NCBI RefSeq assembly: GCF_004010195.1
Contig: NC_057746.1
Coordinates: 27,600,374-27,664,373, forward strand
Direction of reading: 5' to 3'
Source: Chiloscyllium plagiosum
Lineage: Eukaryota
DNA length: 64,000 nt
Position 1 is the first letter of the stretch. Each line of letters begins with the position of its first letter. The notes below the pieces were generated by a model that was not told where the DNA came from, made no database searches, and saw nothing but the letters and a program-made list of their open reading frames with translations. Position numbers and translations under genes: made by a program. Below, one piece after another: positions 23,001 to 34,799 of this stretch.

Positions 23001-26000
23001 ATGGATGTATATGTTTTATTACAATAATTAATCACTCTTGGATTTTATCAAAAACACTTATTTAAAAATTTCACAACATAAAATGTAATTAATACAACTT
23101 GGATTCTAGGCCCAAAATTATTACTTGCAAATTATAGTTTGCCTACATGGTTCCTGAACAAGTGGAGAACGCTATTCTTAAAATTGAAATGAGTTCTTTG
23201 TTAATTAAAACATAAACATGTTATGTGCACACAATCAGCACAACTCATATTTATAAACACAAGAACATAGAGATGGTGGTAGGAATAGCCCACAGATCAA
23301 GCTGCTCCACTATTATTAATGATGAACTTCATTTTCCTGCTCATCCATTGGTTTTGTAAGCATATCAACCATTTCTACAATCCAGCCTCAAATATATTCA
23401 ATGCTAGAACATTAATGACCTTCGATTTTGAAGAGCTCAGTAGGTTCACAATCTTTGCTTATCCGCTGGTTGGAGTCATATCTAGCACAAAGGAATGTGG
23501 TTGTATTTGTCAGATGACATTGGCTTGCTGCATTTGAACATGGCCTGCTTCAGTATCTGAGGAGCTGTGAATGGTGCTATCATTATGCAGTCATGAACAA
23601 AAATGCCCACTTCTGACTTTAAGATGGAAGGAAGGTCAATGATGAAGCAGCAGAACATGTTTGGGTCTGTGACAATATCTTGGACAATACAGCGGGAGCA
23701 ACTCTTATTTCTGAGCCAGGACTCTATTCTAGAGATTTTTAAAAACATTTCAGCAAAGGTTGTATAGAAAATATCTAACCAAGACAATGTCCAGGCTTTG
23801 ACTATTAAGTAGCAAGTATGATTGCACAATACAAATGCCAGGAAATGACCCACCTCTAACCATTTTCACAAGAACAATTTGAGATGGGCAATAACAATGA
23901 CATAGCAAGGAATTAAATGCTCATCCCATAAATATATGAAAAAAACCTTCACACTTCTGATCAGCCATAGTTATAGTCGTAGTGAGGTACAGCACAGAAA
24001 CAGACCCTTCAGTCTAACTTGCCCGTGCCACCTAGCTATCCTAACCTAAGCTACTCCCATTTGCCAGCACTTGGCCTATATCCTTCTAAACCCTTCCTAT
24101 TCATATATGCATCCAGACGCTTTTTAAATGTTATAATTGCACCAGCTTCCACCACTTCCTCTGGCAGCTGATTCCATACATGCACCATCCTCTGTGTGAA
24201 AAACCTCCTCCTTAGGTCTTCTTAAATTTTACCTTCTCATTCTGGACCTCCCCACCCCAGGGAAAAGACCTTGTCTATTTATCTTATGCATGCCCCTCGT
24301 GATTTTGTCAACCTTTAAATGTCACCCTTCAGCCCCCTCAGTTCTCGCTAAACAGGTCCAGCCTACTCAGCCTCTCCCTACAGCTCAAGTCCTCTCTGGC
24401 AACATCCTTGTAAACCTTTCCTGAACCCTTTCAAGTTTCCTGTAATACCAAGTGAATGCAACTGTGTTATACTGCAGTCAGACCTCACATCATCGGATTG
24501 AATCTTAGAATGGCTTACTTTAAATAAATCAGATCTCAGGCACGGCATGAGTTAAAGTAAATAGTACATTTTATATTTACTGTCCTGGTTTAGAACCAGA
24601 GGTTTACTGTCATATTCTGCCACAAGGGTAGAATTGGCATCTTGAACAGTTTTCAATCATGGCTAATGGCAGAAATGCCATTATGGAATATACTAAGAAA
24701 ATGGTACATCCCTCCCCACCTGTGCTCCATTAAAATGATTAGAAATCTTCAATAAGTAATTTTTGTGTTACGGAAGATTAAAAATCCTAAATGATCAGCC
24801 CATTGTCCTGACTGTACCCAGTGTATTAATTTCTCGCAGCATCTACCCTATCATGCTGCACTAGAGTTTTGCATGCCTCAATGAGGTTGCCTCTCATTCT
24901 TGTAAACTCCAGAGAACATAGACCTAAATCACTCAGACTTTTACCATTGAACAATCTGGTCATCCTGGAGACATTACCTCTATTGTAGCTATGCAGAGTC
25001 AAAAACGCACATAGTACTCCAAATGCAAACTTATAAAACAATATGTAGAATTTTGACAAGACTTCTTTCCTCCTGTACACCTATCCTTATGTAATAAAAA
25101 TGCTTTGATAAAATAGAATATCTGAAGGTACTTCGCAGAAACATCATAAAATTGAAATTAACATCAAGTAAGTAGATATTAATACAAATGATTGAGGAAG
25201 GCTTTAGAAGATACCTTCATAGAGGAAAAAATTGTGAAGAGGTAGCATTTTTCAGAGTGAACCACTGAGCTGGTGATGTTGACTGAAATCAGGAATGGTG
25301 AAGAAGTCATAAGTAGAGGAGTGCAGGGAATATGGTGGGAGTGAGGTTAAAGTGTATACATTAAGCTTAAACATCAAGCTGCAACTTAGATGTCTAAAAC
25401 AGCTTCTAATATATTCAGAACTTAACTTCGTTTGCAAGTGCACAGGCTAAATGCTTATCTTCCCCTGTGGTATGTGATGACTTGGCAACCACTGTTATCA
25501 CATCATGAGCCTTTCCCTTAACGTGAGCATTTTGATTCCATGTCCTTGAATTTTGAAGTTGTCTTTTGCTCAGTTATAGAAACAAGATTAACAATTCATT
25601 TTCTCTCACATTTGCTTTAAAAGGAAAGCACTGTACGAAAGGAAAATTGGCATGGTTTCATATTTGCATCATTACTGAAATATTCTCATTAACACCAATT
25701 TACAACATCATCTGTTTAATATTCACAGGAATAGTGTGGACTCTAATACATTCTCTGTAACAGATGTCGCCTTTTCTATTGGAAAGTTTAGTGGGCCTTT
25801 ACAGTACACAGCCTGGAAAGAAATGATAGACTCCATTAACCCCGGTAAAAGTTGCATATTCATTTTAGATTCATTTGTCTGACTATAAATATACTTAGGA
25901 ATTGACTGAAGGCATTATGGAGGCTCAGATTAACCACTGGGTTTCTAGACAGTTATACTGTCTGTATAACCATGGTGGCACGGTGGATCAGTGGTTAGCA

Positions 26001-28100
26001 CTATGGACCCGGGTTCGATCCCTGCCTCAGATGACTACCTGTGTGGAGTTTGTACATTGTCTTTGTGTCTGCGTGGGTTTCCTCCCAAAATCCAAAGATG
26101 TGCAGGTCAAACGAATTGGCTGTGCAAAATTGCCCATGGTGTTAGGTGCATTAGTTACGGGCAAATATAGGATCGGGGAATGGGTCTGGGTGGGTTACTC
26201 TTCAGAGGGTTAGTATGGACTTGTTGGGCCAAAGGACTTGTTTCCATATTTTAGGGAATCTAATCTAATCATAACCACTTGCAATAGTCCTGATGGGGAT
26301 TCAAACAGTCACTTCAAGATCAGTGGTTAAATAAGACATTCTGCAGCCATTGAACACAATTTAAATTTTCAGTGAAGTTAATAGAAATAACTGCAGACCT
26401 TGCTATAAATTTCACCTTCTGCAACACAAAACCATGGCACAGTTGCTTTGTTTTCTTTCATTGTTAAAAACTTTTTTTAAAAAAATCTACTCTATTACAG
26501 TTTCCCCTGTGCTCCATCCCCAAATATCCCTCCCCGTTCTCTTGTTTCCCACTTCCATTCTCTTTCTAGCCTCCAATATATCTCTTCCCTTCAGCTCTCT
26601 CATCTCTTGCTATCTTTCTCTTCTTCACTTACCTCCTACTGCTTCAATTTTTCTCCCTGCCTCTCTTTGCACATTCTCCCCGTGTTCATGTGAGCTTCCT
26701 CTGGGTGCTCCCACAATCCAAAGATGTGGAGGTTAGGTGAATTGGCCATGCTAAATAGCCCATAGTGCTCGGTAGGTTAGGTGCATTAGTCTGGGGTAGG
26801 TGTCGAGTAAGGGGGAATGTTTCTGGGTAGGATACTCTTCAGAGGGTCAGTGTGGACTAGTTGGGCTGAATGGCCAGTTTCCACACTGTAGGGATTCTAT
26901 GATTCTATGACATTCTATTCTCTCTGTCTCAATACTCTATTTTCTTCTTCCTTTCACTTTCATTCTTCATTTTGCACACCATCTCTCAATGCTATTCCTC
27001 TCAAACCCTCTTTCCTGTCTGATGTTTTTACTCTACTGTCATGTCTCACAATATTGCTCACCTCTGTCATTTTTTCCTGCCCTATTTTTCACTCTTCCTT
27101 CCCAATTTCAGCCTCAAGCTATCCCTTCCTCGCTCCTAATTTATTTTCTGTCTCACATGCACTCTAGCTCCATTCCATTTATCATGCTGACTCTTCCATT
27201 TATCTTGCCCTCTCCAATTATAACCCGTTAACCCACTCCTTCCTTGTGCTCTTTCCACACCCCATTCCTTTTCCCTGTACAATACCTGAGCTATCAGTCC
27301 TTCTTCTTCCTCTTCGCAAAATCCACTTCCTGTCGACACAAACTTGTTCTCTTCCATCCTCTCTGCGACCACTTTCTCTCCTATCACTCATACTCCCTGA
27401 TCTGGCACATTCATCTGTTGCTCTCCAACTCTCCTCCCACCTCCTCCTGTTCATTCTGCTCCCAGCCCACTGTCTCTTTCCATTCATAGTAGATAGATAC
27501 CTACTCTATCCACCGTACTCTCATCATTATCATTTGTATTTTCCCATAGTTCCAACCGTTTTGACTCTGGATCTGGACACAAAGAATCCTCGGCTCATCC
27601 TGTCTGAGGACCGGACCAGTGTGAGACTCGGAGATATACCACAGCGGCTCCCTGATCAGTCAGGGAAGTTTGATACCTGGCCTTCCGTCCTAGGATCAGA
27701 AGGATTCACATCAGGGCAACATTACTGGGAAGTGGAGGTGGGGAATAAGACTCAGTGGATTATCGGAGTGGCTCAAAAGTCTGTTGCGAGGAAAGGAGAA
27801 ATTGACCTGAGCCCAGAATCTGGTTACTGGACTCTGTGGTTGGAATTTGGAAATTATTATTTTGCGGTCACCTCTCCCTCACCTACCCATCTCACTCCAA
27901 TGGTGAATCCCCAGAAAATCGGGGTTTATCTTAACTACGAGGATGGTCAGGTATCATTTTACAATGCAGACAACATGTCCCATCTCTACACTTTTACCCA
28001 TACCTTCACTGAGAAAATTTTTCCTTTTTTTCACCCAGGATGGAATATAGATGGAAAAAACTCAGGACCTCTAACAATCTGCAGCATTAAATGTTACTAA
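19672..28100 (+). CDS. TRIM E3 ligase (RING, B-box, coiled coil, PRY-SPRY; TRIM39/TRIM27-like), six coding exons, about 475 aa
   Basis: Exons 19672-20076, 20169-20264, 21075-21308, 25624-25649 (inferred), 25729-25844, 27550-28100 sum to 1428 nt in one open frame. Confidence 0.9.
20169..20264 (+). CDS. TRIM exon 2 (96 bp, coiled coil)
   Basis: ccag|[32 protein letters not shown]|gtgag. Confidence 0.92.
20520..20850 (+). mobile_element. Penelope-like element 3' fragment in TRIM intron 2
   Basis: ctcattttccgcttgggaaccctgcag ([15 protein letters not shown] tail), then a hammerhead core at 20725 and a gatgct..ccagcatctgcagt terminal repeat. Confidence 0.6.
20721..20760 (+). ncRNA. Minimal type I hammerhead ribozyme motif, sense strand of TRIM intron 2
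   Basis: CT-CTGATGA-A-GAGT-gaattctag-ACTC-GAAAC-GTT-AG: intact core, stem II GAGT/ACTC, short stem I CT/AG. Confidence 0.65.
21075..21308 (+). CDS. TRIM exon 3 (234 bp, coiled coil)
   Basis: gtag|[36 protein letters not shown]...QQDELTFLK|gtgag. Confidence 0.92.
21425..24440 (+). repeat. Most complete copy of the about 3-kb tRNA-Gly cassette, inside TRIM intron 3
   Basis: Shares sequence with 6200-7260, 7762-7895, 8590-15150, 15900-16410 and (inverted) 29830-30665. Confidence 0.8.
21581..21651 (+). tRNA. tRNA-Gly(GCC), intronic in the TRIM gene
   Basis: Identical 71-nt sequence; T6 terminator at 21663-21668. Confidence 0.97.
25624..25649 (+). CDS. TRIM micro-exon 4 (26 bp, inferred GC donor)
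   Basis: tttgctttaaaag|GAAAGCACTGTACGAAAGGAAAATTG|gcatgg; a 3n+2 length is needed to join phase-0 exon 3 to phase-2 exon 5. Confidence 0.5.
25729..25844 (+). CDS. TRIM exon 5 (116 bp)
   Basis: ttcacag|[38 protein letters not shown]|gtaaaa. Confidence 0.9.
25975..26270 (+). mobile_element. HE1/V-SINE copy
   Basis: ggcacggtggatcagtggttagcact...gtgtggagtttg...(aatct)n tail. Confidence 0.8.
26668..26907 (+). mobile_element. HE1/V-SINE 3' portion
   Basis: tccaaagatgtggaggttaggtgaattggccatgctaaat...(ttctatga)n. Confidence 0.75.
27550..28100 (+). CDS. TRIM terminal exon: PRY-SPRY (B30.2)
   Basis: ttcccatag|[25 protein letters not shown]...[14 protein letters not shown]...[17 protein letters not shown]...CSIKCY*. 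Confidence 0.95.
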
Positions 28101-28209
28101 TGGATCCATCCCATAATTTTGCCCCTGCCCCCTGCCTCCTGCCAGTTGTAAACTGATAGGGGTCACTCTCAGTTACAGGTGGAGAAAGAAGCCAGGTTAA
28201 CATTCTGGG

Positions 28210-28215
28210 AATAAA
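28210..28215 (+). promoter_or_regulatory. Candidate polyadenylation signal of the TRIM gene
   Basis: AATAAA 110 nt after the stop; the paralog has AATAAG at the same position. Confidence 0.4.
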
Positions 28216-30394
28216 CCCTGTATCTGAACTGGGAACTGAAAGATCAGCAAGGAACTGTATAGGGCTGAAGGGGAAAGAAGGAGGGGGAGAGAAGAAACAA
28301 ATATGAGCTCAATTGTAGAGAGGAACTTACTGGGTATAATGTGCTGTGAGCTGCAGGAATTAAGGAAGATGGTGATGTGACTGTTAATAATCCAGCAACC
28401 AGTTCTTGGTACAGGATTTGATTCCATCACTACCATCTAGCGTATTATCGCTATGTTATTAATCCAGACATCCAAGCAATGTTCTGGGAACCTGTGTTCA
28501 AATTCTACCAAGCCCCTAATAATGATCATGAAACCTGACAGTCAGAGAGAAAAACTATTTGGTCCACTAATGTCCTTGAGGGAAGGAAACAACCATGCTT
28601 ATTTGTTATCCCTACATGTGACTCCAGGCCCACAGCAATGTTATCAACTCTTAACTGCCTATTAAGCAATTAAGGGTGGTCCATAAATGCTGGTTTCGTG
28701 CAAAAGTGGAACTTAAGATGATTTTATTTAAAGTTTGGAATATTAAGTTTGTCTCAGCGAAGACAGTTGTCACTGTTTATTTTTTGTTAAAAATACATCT
28801 GGTTAACGATGTCCTTTCAGGAAGAAAATAAGCCACCCTTGCGTAGTATGGCTTAAACTATAACACCAGTCCTGCAGCAATGACTCTTAACTGCACTTTG
28901 AAATATCCTGGCAAGCCATCCAGTTCAAGGGCAACAAACAACCTATCCATTCTGGCCAACATTTAATAACGGAGCATCAACAACCCTCTAGGGGAAGAGC
29001 ATTCCAAAGATTCACAACCTTTTGAAAGAAGAAATTCCTTATCTCAGTCGTAAATAGTTGGTCCCTTATACAGAGCTGTGCCCCCACATTCTCCTCAGTG
29101 TGTCCCCAGTTTAATCAGCCAAGGCAAAAGCTGATTAAACTGGTTACTCTTCAGAGGGTTAGTGAAGGAGGTAGGAGGTAAGTGAAGAAGAGAAAGATAG
29201 CAAGAGATGAGAGAGCACTGTCAAGGCCCCATGAGAATATGTACCAAATATAGATTGCTTTCAAGCATTTTTTGCTTCCTTTTTCTTTTTAAAAACGTTT
29301 TCATCATTATTTCCATTCCAAACGATGATTCTTTAATATTTCATAGTGACATTTGATTTATTTCAAGTTACTATGAATACCATAAAAGGTGGTCATGCAC
29401 ATTGAAAATGTTATGGTATTGATGACAGAAGATGTATGAATGTAGGGGTGAGAATGTCCATTTCATACCTCCACAATGCATCTTTGAAATGTTTCCAAAG
29501 ACAGACTGTCTTCTGCTGTATTTGACTTCATGGGCCTTCTTCACTTACAATGTTCATATAGCACCTTTCACAAAAGAAAATAAAACGTGCAAAATGCTAC
29601 TTTGTAAAGTTGCTTAGTTCTTTTTAGCCTATGTGTCTTTTCTGTTTCTCAGACATACTTTCCTGGAATATAAATGTTGAAACACAACACGCTTTTATTT
29701 ATTTACTTATGGAAGTAGCTGGCTAACCAGCATTTATTGCTGGCAACTCTAGCCCCCGTTGGGAAGGTGGTAACAAGCTGCCTTCTTGAACCGCTGCAGT
29801 CCACATGATGTGTACAGTCATAAGAGTCAACAGACCTTTCGTTTCAACTAATCCACGTCGACCATGTTCCCAAACTAAACTTGTCTCATCTATCTTTCCT
29901 GGCCCATATCCCTCCAAACCTTTTTTATTCATGAACTTATCCAAATGTCTTTTAAACATTGAAACTGTACCTGCATCTCTGGCATAAAAAAGTTCTTTCG
30001 ATAGCAGACAGAAGCAACATATTTTTCCCCAATTGATTTGTTTTGAGGGTTCATTGAAAGTCTGATCTGTGTCAGGCACTGACAACACAACAATCTTTCA
30101 CTCGAAAAGAGTGCCTCTCTCAGCGACAGTGACAGGCTCACACAGGATCAGACTATTCAGCGAATCGAGTCTGGCCCATCATTCCGGGATCACGACCGAT
30201 CATTTGAAGACCATTTTCCGACACTATCCTCATTTCACTTAGTCATTCGTTTCTAGGAACCTATGGATCCTGTGTTGAAAATGCTCAAAAATTGGGCCTG
30301 CAGAGTATGATGTTGAGATTTCTGTAAGATTCACCACGCTGAGTGAACAAATTCCTGTTAATGTCTATGTACAATTGCTTGATCTTTATCGAGG

Positions 30395-30445
30395 CAGTAA
30401 ACAGGAGAGTGTGCGGCCAAGCGAAACAGATATCCTGTCTTGCTA
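30395..30445 (+). ncRNA. Hammerhead-like fold convergent with tRNA-Gly (copy with the best stem III)
   Basis: CAGGAGA-GTGTG-CGGC-CAAGC-GAAAC-AG-ATATC-CT-GTC; core box degenerate. Confidence 0.4.
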
Positions 30446-30485
30446 AACTCCATTATGCCCTGTAAAAAAATAGAATAATTAGCGT

Positions 30486-30556
30486 TGCATTGGCCGGGAA
30501 TCGAACCCGGGCCTCCCGCGTGGCAGGCGAGAATTCTACCACTGAACCACCAATGC
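30486..30556 (-). tRNA. tRNA-Gly(GCC)
   Basis: Exact reverse complement of the other copies; T7 terminator about 15 nt downstream on the minus strand. Confidence 0.97.
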
Positions 30557-31019
30557 ACTCACGAACGAAACTTGCTACAATTCTCATACAGTTTGAATTC
30601 CAGCAGAAAATTAAACATATATTGCCAAAGTAGCTGCAAAACAAGTAGAAAGATCGCAATGAAATGATGATTGTTTACTCAGTTTAGTGACTACAACAGT
30701 ACCGCTCCCGAATAGACAAATACAAAATAGGTTTTGCCTAATATTTCAGGTATGTTATTTTAACGAGTTTCACTAAACTAAGCCGGGATAGCTAAGTAAT
30801 GGAATTCCAGGATTTTGACCCAGTGATAGTGAAGGAATATTTCCAAGACAGGCTGGTGAGTGGCTTTGGATAGAACTTTTCAGTGGCTGTGTTCCAATGT
30901 ACTTGCTACTGTTGTCCTAGATGGAAGTGATTGTGGACTTGGAAGGAGTTGCCCAAGCATCTTTAATGAATTGCCGCGGTGCCGTTTGTAGGTAGTACAC
31001 ATTGCTGCTATGATTTGAA

Positions 31020-31126
31020 GGTGCCGGTGTTGCACTGGGGTGGAAAAGTTAAAAATCACACAACACCAGATTATAGTCCAAATAAACCTGTTGGACTATA
31101 ACCTGGTGTTGTGTGATTTTTAACAT
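31020..31126. repeat. Short palindromic PLE/MITE-like remnant
   Basis: gttaaaaatcacacaacaccagattatagtccaa...ttggactataacctggtgttgtgtgatttttaac. Confidence 0.7.
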
Positions 31127-31129
31127 TAC

Positions 31130-33190
31130 TGCTACTTGAGAGTCCATGACGGAGAAAGTGAATGCCTGTGGGTGTGGAGGCAATTAAGCAGGTTGCTTTG
31201 TCCGGGATGCTGTCAAGCTTCTTGGGTAATGTTGGAGCTGCACGCATCCCAGCAAATGCAGTGCCTTCCATCACTCCTGACTTCTGCCTTTTAGAATGTA
31301 GACAGGCTTTGGGGAGCTGGGATATGAGTTACACATTGCAGTATTCTTAGCCTCTGACCTGCTCTTGTGTGGTGACCAGTTGAGTTTCTGGTCAATGGTA
31401 ACCCCCAGGATGTTAACAATGGGGCATTCAATGATGGTAACATCATTGGTTCTCAAGGGGCAGTGTTAGATCAATTCTTATTTGAACAGCATTTATTGTC
31501 ACATGCACTCGAATGACTGCCATGAAAAGTTTGTAATATCACCTCTCAACAGTACCTAGGTACAGATACTTTAAGTGTTGTTACAGTATTGAAATAGTAA
31601 AAAGAAAGAATAGCATGGGAACACAGAGTTTAAAAGTCCAAAATGAGAATAAAATGTCTTTAATACACTTAAGCTATTGCTATTTTCACCATGAGTCCAC
31701 AAAGGTAATTGCCTGCTATTTGTGTGGCGCGAACATTACTTGCCACTTGTCAGCCCAAGCTTAGATATTGTCCTGATCTTGTTGCATTTGAACATGCACT
31801 GCTTCATTATCTGAGGAGTTATGAATGGTGTAGAACATTATGCTATAATCAATGAACATCCCACTTCTGATGGTATCGCAGAGGGAAGGTGGCTGGCAAA
31901 GTAGCTGAAGATTGTTTGGCCAATTTCACTACTCTGAAGAACTCCTGCAGAGATGTCCTAGAGCTGAGATGACTGACCTCCAACACCACAACAATCTCCC
32001 TATTAACAAGTATGATTCCAGTCGGGGGAGAATGGGCTCTCAGTACCTGATGATTTTTCTCAGGATTCTTGATGCTGCATCTGTTAACTATGGCTTTGAT
32101 GTCAAGGGCTGCCACTTTCATCTTACCTGTGGAATTGAGCACTTTTGTTCATGTTTGTAGGCTGCAATGAGGTCAAGAGCTGAGTGGCCCTGGCATAACC
32201 GAAACTGGCTGTCAGTGGGCAGGTGCTGCTTGATAGCACTGTTGACATTTTCCATCACTTTACAGATGTTCGAGCATAGACTGATGGGACAGTACTGGCT
32301 GGGTTGGATGGAACCTGCTTCTTGTGTATAAGACGTATATGGGCAATTTTCCAAATTGTTATGTAGGTAACAGTGTTGTACTGTAAGAGCTTGGCAGACT
32401 TGCAGCAAGTTCTGGACCACAAGTCTGCAGTACTATTGCTTGAATAATGTCAGGGTCTGTAGCTTTTGTAGCATCCAAAGCCTCTAGCCATTTCTTGATA
32501 TCAGGTAGAGTGAATCAAATTTGATAAAGACTGATATTTGCAACGCTGAGACTACTGAAGGAGGTTGAAATGGATTATCCACTTGGCAGTTCTGGTTGAA
32601 GATGTCTGTGAATACCTCATCATTTTGAACTGATGTTTTGGGCTCTTCCATCCTTGAGGATGGGAATATTTGTGGAGCCTCTTCCTTCAATAAGTTCTTT
32701 AGTTGTCCACCATCATTCACAATTGGATGTGGCAGGACTGTAGAGCTTAAATATCATCCATTGGGATTGCTTAGCTCTGTCTATCACTTGTAGCTTATGC
32801 TGTTTGACATGCAGGTGGTCCTGTTTGGTAGCTTCACCACCTTGACACCTCATTTTCAGTTATGCCTGGTGTTGCTCCTGGAATGCCCTCCAACACTCTC
32901 AGTTGAACCAGGGTTGATCCTCTGGTTTGATTGAAGTGGTTGAGTGGGAGTATATTATAGCCCATAAGACAGCAGATTGCTCTGGAATACAATTCAGCTG
33001 CTGTTGTTGGCCCATGGAGCCTTATGGATGGCCAGTCTTGAGTTGCTAGATCTGTTGGAAGTCTGTCCCATTTAGCAAGGTGATAGTACCACACAAAATG
33101 TGAAGGTGGGACTTCATCTCCACAAAGGCTGTGTGATGGTGATTCTTACCTATACTGTCATAGGCAGATGTAGATTGGTAAGGATTATGT
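31130..33190 (-). mobile_element. Old non-LTR retrotransposon ORF2 remnant (CR1/L2 group)
   Basis: Fragments QYCPISLCSNICKVME, QFRLCQGHSALDL, ALDIKA, ILGVTIDQKLNW. Confidence 0.75.
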
Positions 33191-33419
33191 TACAATATGA
33201 AAGAACACAAAGGTCTAAAGTAAAAATCTTAACTAATCTCTGTCAAAAGCTGCCAAAAATCTGAATGAAATGGTTTTGATCTTTGAGATGGCAGATGAGA
33301 AATGATACAAGGACCCTGTTGCAATGCTAATTAACAAAGCCAAGTCCAGTGCATTGGACTAACAACTCAGATGTTTACAGAACAAGAGGGCAATCAGCCT
33401 ATCATCTCTGCATTAGTTA

Positions 33420-34495
33420 ACAAAGATCCAGCTACCTTTATACCATTTTCTAGCTCATGACCTATAGACCCTGTAGTTATGTCAAGTGAATATCTTAACA
33501 CTGATTAAATGTTACAAGACTATCTGGTTCAACTACCCTTTCAAGAATTCCAGATTCCCAACACACTCGGGCTGAAAACAAAATCTATCCTCAATTCTCC
33601 TCCTCACTTTCTACCTCTTACTCTAAATCAATGTCCCCTGATTATTGATCCCTTGACTAATGGGAAAAGGGCCTGCATATCCAGCCTTTCTATGCCCCTC
33701 ACAAACATACTTAAGGATCCCCCTCAATCTTTGCTGCTGTAAGGAAAACAACATTAGTCTATCTAATCCTTCCTCATAGTTCAGGACTTTGAACCCAGAC
33801 AATATCCTGGTAAATCTCCTTTGCACCATCTCCAGTGTAATCACATCCTTCCTACAAGTCGTGATGATAACTGCACACAGGACCCCAGTTGTGGCCTAAT
33901 CAAAGTTTTGCACAGTTTTATACATAATCTCCCTGCTCTTGTATTCTATGCCTCAGCTAATAAAGGCAACTATCCCATATTCTTTCTAGATCATTTTATC
34001 TAACTGGTCTGTTACCTTCAATTTCTCTGGACATGTACACCAAAGTCCTGTTGACCATCAGTACTTTCCAAAGTCCTTCATTCATAGAATAATCTCTTGA
34101 CATGTTAGCCCTCTCCAAATCCATTATCTCACTTTACTAGGCTGAATTCCATTTGCCACTGCTCTGTCCACCTGACCATCTGTTATTCACCTCCTGCAGT
34201 TTACTCACTATCTACCACTCGAGGAATTTGTGTAATTCATAAACACCTTCACTATTTCCCCTATATTTAAATCTAAATTGATCACTTAGACCACAAACAG
34301 CAATAACTCCAGGACCACAACTTGAGCATCCTACTGGAAATAGATTTCCAGTCACAGAAACACCCTCTGCTTCTTGTTTCTCAGCCAGTTTTGATCCGAA
34401 GTGCCACTTTGCCTTGGAACCTGTAGAGTCTTACTCTTTTGACCAGTCTGCCATGAGTGAACATACCAAAAACTTTGTTAAAGTCCGTGTAGACC
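33420..34495 (-). mobile_element. Old CR1 LINE 3' remnant
   Basis: LEMVQRRFTRILSGFKVLNYEEGLDRLMLFSL. Confidence 0.75.
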
Positions 34496-34799
34496 ATAGC
34501 ACCATATGTGATTACCGCACAAAGAAAGGTGAACAGGTCGAGAAGAAAAGCTTTACCGCCATCAGAGTCACATTAACTGTTATTGTGACACAGATTAGAA
34601 CTTTCATGGGGCAGAAATCTGATCAGAGTGATTCAAAATGGAGAAACTATCTCTACAAATCACAGACAGCAATCTCCTCTCAGCTGATATAACCCAATCC
34701 CACAAATCACTGACACCAAACTCCTTTTAGCTGACACAAACCAATCACACAATCACTGATACCAAATGCCTCTTAACTGATGTAAAGCAATCCCACAGT

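Noticed and set aside
27246-27549. Hydrophobic N-terminal extension of the 284-aa ORF
   Set aside because: Pyrimidine-rich intron lacking stops; the real acceptor is at 27549.
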